IMG/VR virus record: IMGVR_UViG_3300042363_000729
Span: 1-64,000 of that record
Reading direction: 5' to 3' (one strand)
Length of the DNA: 64,000 nucleotides
Source: an uncultured virus (IMG/VR IMGVR_UViG_3300042363_000729)
Taxonomy: Duplodnaviria > Heunggongvirae > Uroviricota > Caudoviricetes
Below the pieces are notes generated by a model. It ran no database searches and was not told the origin of the DNA. It saw only the letters and a program-made list of their open reading frames with translations. A program made the translations under genes and the position numbers. Of this stretch, positions 59,386 through 64,000 are shown in pieces; position 1 is the stretch's first letter; each line of letters begins with the position of its first letter.

Positions 59386-62300
59386 ATGGCACAGGGATAC
59401 GATCCAGCAAAAGCGGCAGAAGTAAACAGACTTATAGCACAAGGACAAACTCCTCGCGATGCCTTGGCACAGGCTGGTATCACTCAAGAAGAATTTGGCA
59501 ACTACAACTATGATACTGAAACCAGTGTGCTTGGGCCGCAAAATGGGCCGCCCAGTAACGAACAATCAGTTAGTCCAGCTAGCGATCCCAGTCAATTTCC
59601 TGCATATGATGATGATGGCAATCTACAACCGGGCTTTGCCATCAATGATGAAAACGGCGAGCCATACTATCGTGGCTACCCGTCACAGGATGTGACAAAT
59701 CAGCCAGTTAATCCGGCCTTTGATCCCAGTCAATTTCCTGCATATGATGATGACGGCAACCTACAACCAGGATTTGCCATCAATGACGAAACAGGTGGCA
59801 CATACTATCGTGGCCTAGGCCCACTGACACAACAGACTTCAGGCTTTGATCCAAATTTTAATGAGTTTGGGGGATTAGATGAAGCCATTGCCGCTCAACA
59901 AAATGCAACACCAATTAACAATCCCTACTATGGATTAACTCCCACACAATTGCAAGACCTTGGTGGAGCAGATCCTACAGATCCGTACATACGTGCTAGA
60001 CTAGGTATTCCTCAATTGCCAGGATCCACGCTATTTGCCACTGGCGGATTTGGCACAATCAAAACTGGGGTTCCTTTGATTGACACAGCACTGGGCATTG
60101 TGGGAGGTATTGCTGGCGGTATTGGTTCAGTGTTTAGTAATTTTGCATCTGCCATTGGTGGATTGTTTGGGCCCAAGCCCACAGCATCAACTACTGCGGC
60201 CACTACAGGTCTGGGATTTGCGGCATTGGCGGTACCAGTTGTAACACCGCCCAAGACAGACACACCTTTGCCAACCACAGCAGATCCCAGTCAGTTTCCA
60301 GCATATGATGATGATGGCAACCTACAACCGGGCTTTGCTATCAATGACGAAAACGGCGAACCATACTATCGTGGCTTCCCTAGTCAAGACGCTCAGGACA
60401 CTCCAGTCAACCCTGCCAGCGATCCCAGCCAGTTCCCTGCATATGATGATGATGGTAATTTGCAACCTGGTTTTGCTATCAATGACGAAAACGGCGGTAC
60501 CTATTATCGTGGCTTTGAAAGAAACACAGACCAACCACTGAGTGTTACCGCGGATCCCAGCCAATTTCCGGCATATGATGACGATGGCAATCTACAACCT
60601 GGCTTTGCTATCAATGACGAAAACGGCGAACCATACTATCAAGGGTTTGAACGCAATACTGATCGACCTCTAAGCCCAACAGCAGACCCCAGTCAGTTTC
60701 CGGCATATGACGATGATGGCAACCTACAACCTGGCTTTGCTATCAATGACGAAAACGGCGAACCATACTATCAAGGATTTGAACGCAGTTACGACGTGCC
60801 GTTCAACCCAGACGAAGATCCGTTTGAACAATCCCGTTATGAAGCTGAACTGGCATACAATGCTCAAGAGCCGTACGAGTTTGGGGCCGCCAACATCAAT
60901 GATCCGTATTATGGATTGTCACCAGACCAGTTACAGGCTCTAGGTGGTGCAGACCCTACTGACCCTTACATACGTGCTAGATTAGGTATACCTCAGTTAC
61001 CAGGCGAGACACTGATGGCTACCCCGGGGTTTGGCACAATCAAAACTGGCATACCATTAATTGACAATGCATTGAGTTTCCTTGGCGGCCTATTTGGCAG
61101 CCCAACTCCGCCCCCTACACCTGCGGCTGTTCCAGTAGCACCCACTACGGATCCCAGTCAGTTCCCTGCATATGATGATGACGGCAATCTACAACCTGGC
61201 TTTGCCATCAACGAAGAAAACGGCGAACCTTACTATCAAGGGTTTGACAAAAACACAGATCAGCCAGTTAACCCTGCTAGTGACCCCAGCCAGTTCCCGG
61301 CATATGATGATGACGGCAACCTACAACCAGGCTTTGCCATCAATGATGAAAACGGCGAGCCATACTATCGCGGTTTTGAAAGAAACACAGACCAGCCAGT
61401 TAATCCTGCCAGCGACCCCAGCCAATTCCCTGCCTATGACGATGATGGCAATCTACAACCGGGATTTGCTATCAACGAAGAAACTGGCGAAACATATTTC
61501 CAAGGTGTGGGTCCTGCTACAGGCACAGATTCAACAACACTAAGCGCAGAACAAGCGGATGCGTTCTACAATGGAACTGGTACTCCAACTGCCGCACAAC
61601 AAGCAGAAACCAATGCAAAAACCGCAGCCGATGCGGCAGCATTGTATCCAGGAACAGATAACACAAACTTAAAGAACATCAACGAAGCATCAGGAGCCAT
61701 TGCACAAAACGAAGCTGGCATTGCCAACGCTCAAAGTATCATTGATCAAAACAATGCTGAACTAGCAGATCCTGATATCAGCGACGAACGCAGAGCAGAG
61801 TTAGAAGCCAACAATGCCGCTCAAGAAAACTATATTAGACTAGCAGAAGATAATACTGCTGAAAATGAGTTAGTGATTGAATCCAATGCAGACGCATTTG
61901 CGGCAGGTGGTGGCGACCCTGACAGTGGGCAAAGCCCCGATGAAGTTGCGGCTTTGGAAGATCCTGGCCTACAAGAAAATGTATTTGATCCTGGCGAAAC
62001 AGTTAATGCCAACGGTGAATCAGTGTTTGATCCTGAAAATGTTGAGCCTAATTCAGATCCGTTTGAGCAAGCAAGATTTGAAGCAGAACTTGCGGCTGAG
62101 GTGCCTGTTGAAGACATTGTGTTAACTCCAGACGAACAAGCAGCCGCGGATGATCCGTTTGAACAACGTCGTCTTGAACTTGAGCAAGAAGCAAATCGTG
62201 AAGAGTTGGCCATGGAAGCCACAGATGTTGAGCCCGGGCTGTTTACAGGCCAGACTGATGAGTTTGGCGGTGTAGATGAAGCAGTGGCTATAGAACAAGC

Positions 62301-63399
62301 TGACATTGACACACGCAATGATCCTGCGTTGTCTGAAGAAGAAATTCAAGCTGAACTTGATCGAGCTGTTGAAAACAATGATGCCGAAGACGTTGAACCC
62401 AGTCCAATTGATGTAGATGCTGAAATAGAAAGAGCCGCAGCCGAAGGTGCTGAACAATATGAAGCCACAGACGTTAATTCAAGTGATGACGAAGGATTGC
62501 CAAAAGAAGGTGGTGGAGATCTTGCTAATGAACGTGATGATGCTGCCGCAGTTGATGCCGCATCTCAAAATGCCACAGTGGCCAAGGCCAAAGAACAAGC
62601 AACACTGCAAGCAAGATACAAACAGCCAGGCGTGACAGATTGGCGTGTGCGTTTGGTCTTGGCCGAGAACAGCGATTATCTTTACAATTCAGACGATGCT
62701 GACATTTTAAAACCTTTGAAAGGCAGTAACGGGGTGATATTCCCTTACACTCCAAACATCACCACGTCATACACGGCCAATTATGAGCAATACAATCTCA
62801 TACACTCAAACTATCGTGGCTTGTTCTACAAGAACAGTAACGTGGGTGATGTACAAATTCGCGGAACGTTCACAGCACAAGACACACAAGAAGCACAGTA
62901 CCTGTTGTCAGTAATACACTTTTTTAGATCAGTTACCAAAATGTTCTATGGCAAAGATGCACAACGTGGTACGCCACCACCCTTGGTATATCTAGTGGGC
63001 TACGGTGATTGGCAGTTCTCTGGACATCCTTGTGTGGTAGGATCTTTTAATTACAATTTGCCCAATGAAGTGGACTACATACGTGCCAGCAGTCCCAACA
63101 ATTACGGAACCAGTTTGTTTAATCGCAGAACTCCAGTGGCATCCAATTCAGGTGGCACAAACTACAGCGGAGCCATTAGATTGGCCAATGCACTGTTGCC
63201 ACAAGGCGCACTACCACAAGTACCATCGCCAGGGCCTTTACCACAAGCAGTTTCCAACACTAATAGAGCATCATACGTACCAACCAAAATGGAAATTGAC
63301 ATCACATTGATACCAGTGCAAACACGCGAACAAGTTAGCAAGCAGTTTAGCCTCAAGGCATTTGCCAATGGTAATCTGCTCAAAGGAGGTTATTGGTAA
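59386..63399 (+). CDS. Large acidic repeat protein with C-terminal baseplate/tube-initiator-like domain
   Basis: Nine DPSQFPAYDDDGNLQPGFAIN repeats; C-terminal GVIFPYTP...FTAQ...GTPPP...PCVV tube-fold pattern; precedes the gp53-like gene. Confidence 0.7.
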   Translation: MAQGYDPAKAAEVNRLIAQGQTPRDALAQAGITQEEFGNYNYDTETSVLGPQNGPPSNEQSVSPASDPSQFPAYDDDGNLQPGFAINDENGEPYYRGYPSQDVTNQPVNPAFDPSQFPAYDDDGNLQPGFAINDETGGTYYRGLGPLTQQTSGFDPNFNEFGGLDEAIAAQQNATPINNPYYGLTPTQLQDLGGADPTDPYIRARLGIPQLPGSTLFATGGFGTIKTGVPLIDTALGIVGGIAGGIGSVFSNFASAIGGLFGPKPTASTTAATTGLGFAALAVPVVTPPKTDTPLPTTADPSQFPAYDDDGNLQPGFAINDENGEPYYRGFPSQDAQDTPVNPASDPSQFPAYDDDGNLQPGFAINDENGGTYYRGFERNTDQPLSVTADPSQFPAYDDDGNLQPGFAINDENGEPYYQGFERNTDRPLSPTADPSQFPAYDDDGNLQPGFAINDENGEPYYQGFERSYDVPFNPDEDPFEQSRYEAELAYNAQEPYEFGAANINDPYYGLSPDQLQALGGADPTDPYIRARLGIPQLPGETLMATPGFGTIKTGIPLIDNALSFLGGLFGSPTPPPTPAAVPVAPTTDPSQFPAYDDDGNLQPGFAINEENGEPYYQGFDKNTDQPVNPASDPSQFPAYDDDGNLQPGFAINDENGEPYYRGFERNTDQPVNPASDPSQFPAYDDDGNLQPGFAINEETGETYFQGVGPATGTDSTTLSAEQADAFYNGTGTPTAAQQAETNAKTAADAAALYPGTDNTNLKNINEASGAIAQNEAGIANAQSIIDQNNAELADPDISDERRAELEANNAAQENYIRLAEDNTAENELVIESNADAFAAGGGDPDSGQSPDEVAALEDPGLQENVFDPGETVNANGESVFDPENVEPNSDPFEQARFEAELAAEVPVEDIVLTPDEQAAADDPFEQRRLELEQEANREELAMEATDVEPGLFTGQTDEFGGVDEAVAIEQADIDTRNDPALSEEEIQAELDRAVENNDAEDVEPSPIDVDAEIERAAAEGAEQYEATDVNSSDDEGLPKEGGGDLANERDDAAAVDAASQNATVAKAKEQATLQARYKQPGVTDWRVRLVLAENSDYLYNSDDADILKPLKGSNGVIFPYTPNITTSYTANYEQYNLIHSNYRGLFYKNSNVGDVQIRGTFTAQDTQEAQYLLSVIHFFRSVTKMFYGKDAQRGTPPPLVYLVGYGDWQFSGHPCVVGSFNYNLPNEVDYIRASSPNNYGTSLFNRRTPVASNSGGTNYSGAIRLANALLPQGALPQVPSPGPLPQAVSNTNRASYVPTKMEIDITLIPVQTREQVSKQFSLKAFANGNLLKGGYW
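59584..61506 (+). repeat. Nine dispersed coding repeats of about 30 aa plus two repeats of about 60 aa
   Basis: GATCCCAG(T/C)CA(A/G)TT(T/C)CC.GCATATGATGA.GA.GG.AA units varying mostly at third codon positions. Confidence 0.9.
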
Positions 63400-63698
63400 T
63401 GGCTGAATACTCATCAACCAGTCCCTATTATCAAACGGGCTACAGTCAATTCTTTTTAGATGTCATGGTCAATAGACCCATACCCAAAGAAGATGATGAC
63501 CTAACATTTACTATCAACCAAACTTATCAGTACAGACCTGATATGTTGGCTTATGACCTGTATCAAACTTCCACGTTGTGGTGGGTGTTTTATCAACGCA
63601 ATCCCAACACACTGCAAGCACCGCCCTTGGACTTTACTGTGGGCAAAATAATTTATTTGCCAAAAATTTCAACGCTGAAAACAGCACTGGGATTCTAA
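63399..63698 (+). CDS. Baseplate wedge protein (gp53-like/LysM-like)
   Basis: YQYRPDMLAYDLY...LWWVF...N; ATG overlaps the upstream TAA. Confidence 0.75.
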   Translation: MAEYSSTSPYYQTGYSQFFLDVMVNRPIPKEDDDLTFTINQTYQYRPDMLAYDLYQTSTLWWVFYQRNPNTLQAPPLDFTVGKIIYLPKISTLKTALGF

Positions 63699-63701
63699 CA
63701 C

Positions 63702-64000
63702 ATGGCTAGAACTGTTGCAGAAATAGAAGCAGAAATTGCCAAGCTTCAGGCAGAATTTGATGCGGTGCAAGCAGCCGCAAGAGCTTCTGGTGATATTAAT
63801 AGTCCTCTTCTAAACACAAGAGAACAATTAAGAGCTCAAATAGCTCAACTTCGACGTGAGTTAAGAACCGCAGTTGCACAAGAAAATGGCACACAACCTC
63901 AACCTCCTGCCACTGCCAGCCAAACTGCACAAGACGATGGTAGTCAAGGTCCTAACAAACCCGCCGCACAACAAATTGACACCAGCGGCAGAGTAGTTAC
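63702..64000 (+). CDS. Partial CDS (runs off window end), probably a baseplate-region protein
   Basis: ATG at 63702, MARTVAEIEAEIAKLQAEF..., open to the window end. Confidence 0.7.
   Translation, partial: MARTVAEIEAEIAKLQAEFDAVQAAARASGDINSPLLNTREQLRAQIAQLRRELRTAVAQENGTQPQPPATASQTAQDDGSQGPNKPAAQQIDTSGRVV

Noticed and set aside
59584..61506. Regularly recurring ~90-nt repeats resembling a CRISPR or guide array
   Set aside because: Repeats are in frame within a 1337-aa ORF, vary mainly at third codon positions, have irregular spacing, and no cas-like gene is present.
1..64000. Stop-codon reassignment, tRNA genes or an integrase
   Set aside because: Core genes are intact and tightly packed under the standard code; no cloverleaf or recombinase motif was recognised by eye.

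Overview
This window is part of a large T4-like (myovirus) bacteriophage genome and covers most of the virion morphogenesis region. Head genes: portal gp20, prohead protease gp21, scaffold gp22, major capsid gp23, probable small terminase and gp4. Neck and tail genes: gp13, gp14, gp15, an enlarged sheath gp18, tube-fold genes, a tape-measure-like protein with an M15 peptidase domain, and gp26/gp51/gp53-like baseplate genes. About 18 kb encodes very large Gly/Asn/Thr-rich fibre proteins. Also present are gp46/gp47, a gp55-like late sigma factor, dNMP kinase, a DEDDh exonuclease, a Nudix hydrolase, three radical SAM enzymes and three glycosyltransferase-like genes. The most notable unexplained signals are: (1) an ORF-free, densely base-paired ~440-nt element with candidate pseudoknots and complementary ends directly 3' of a catalytic-domain-only GIY-YIG nuclease, a candidate large ncRNA-nuclease module; (2) a T-TTT-TTC slippery site that would fuse the gp26-like and gp51-like ORFs by -1 frameshifting; (3) a four-gene operon with an aminoacyl-tRNA-protein-transferase-like gene; (4) a glycosyltransferase island beside sequon-rich fibres; (5) T4-like capsid-targeting N-termini; (6) apparently widespread leaderless transcripts. 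All family assignments come from motif recognition by eye; no database search or folding computation was run.
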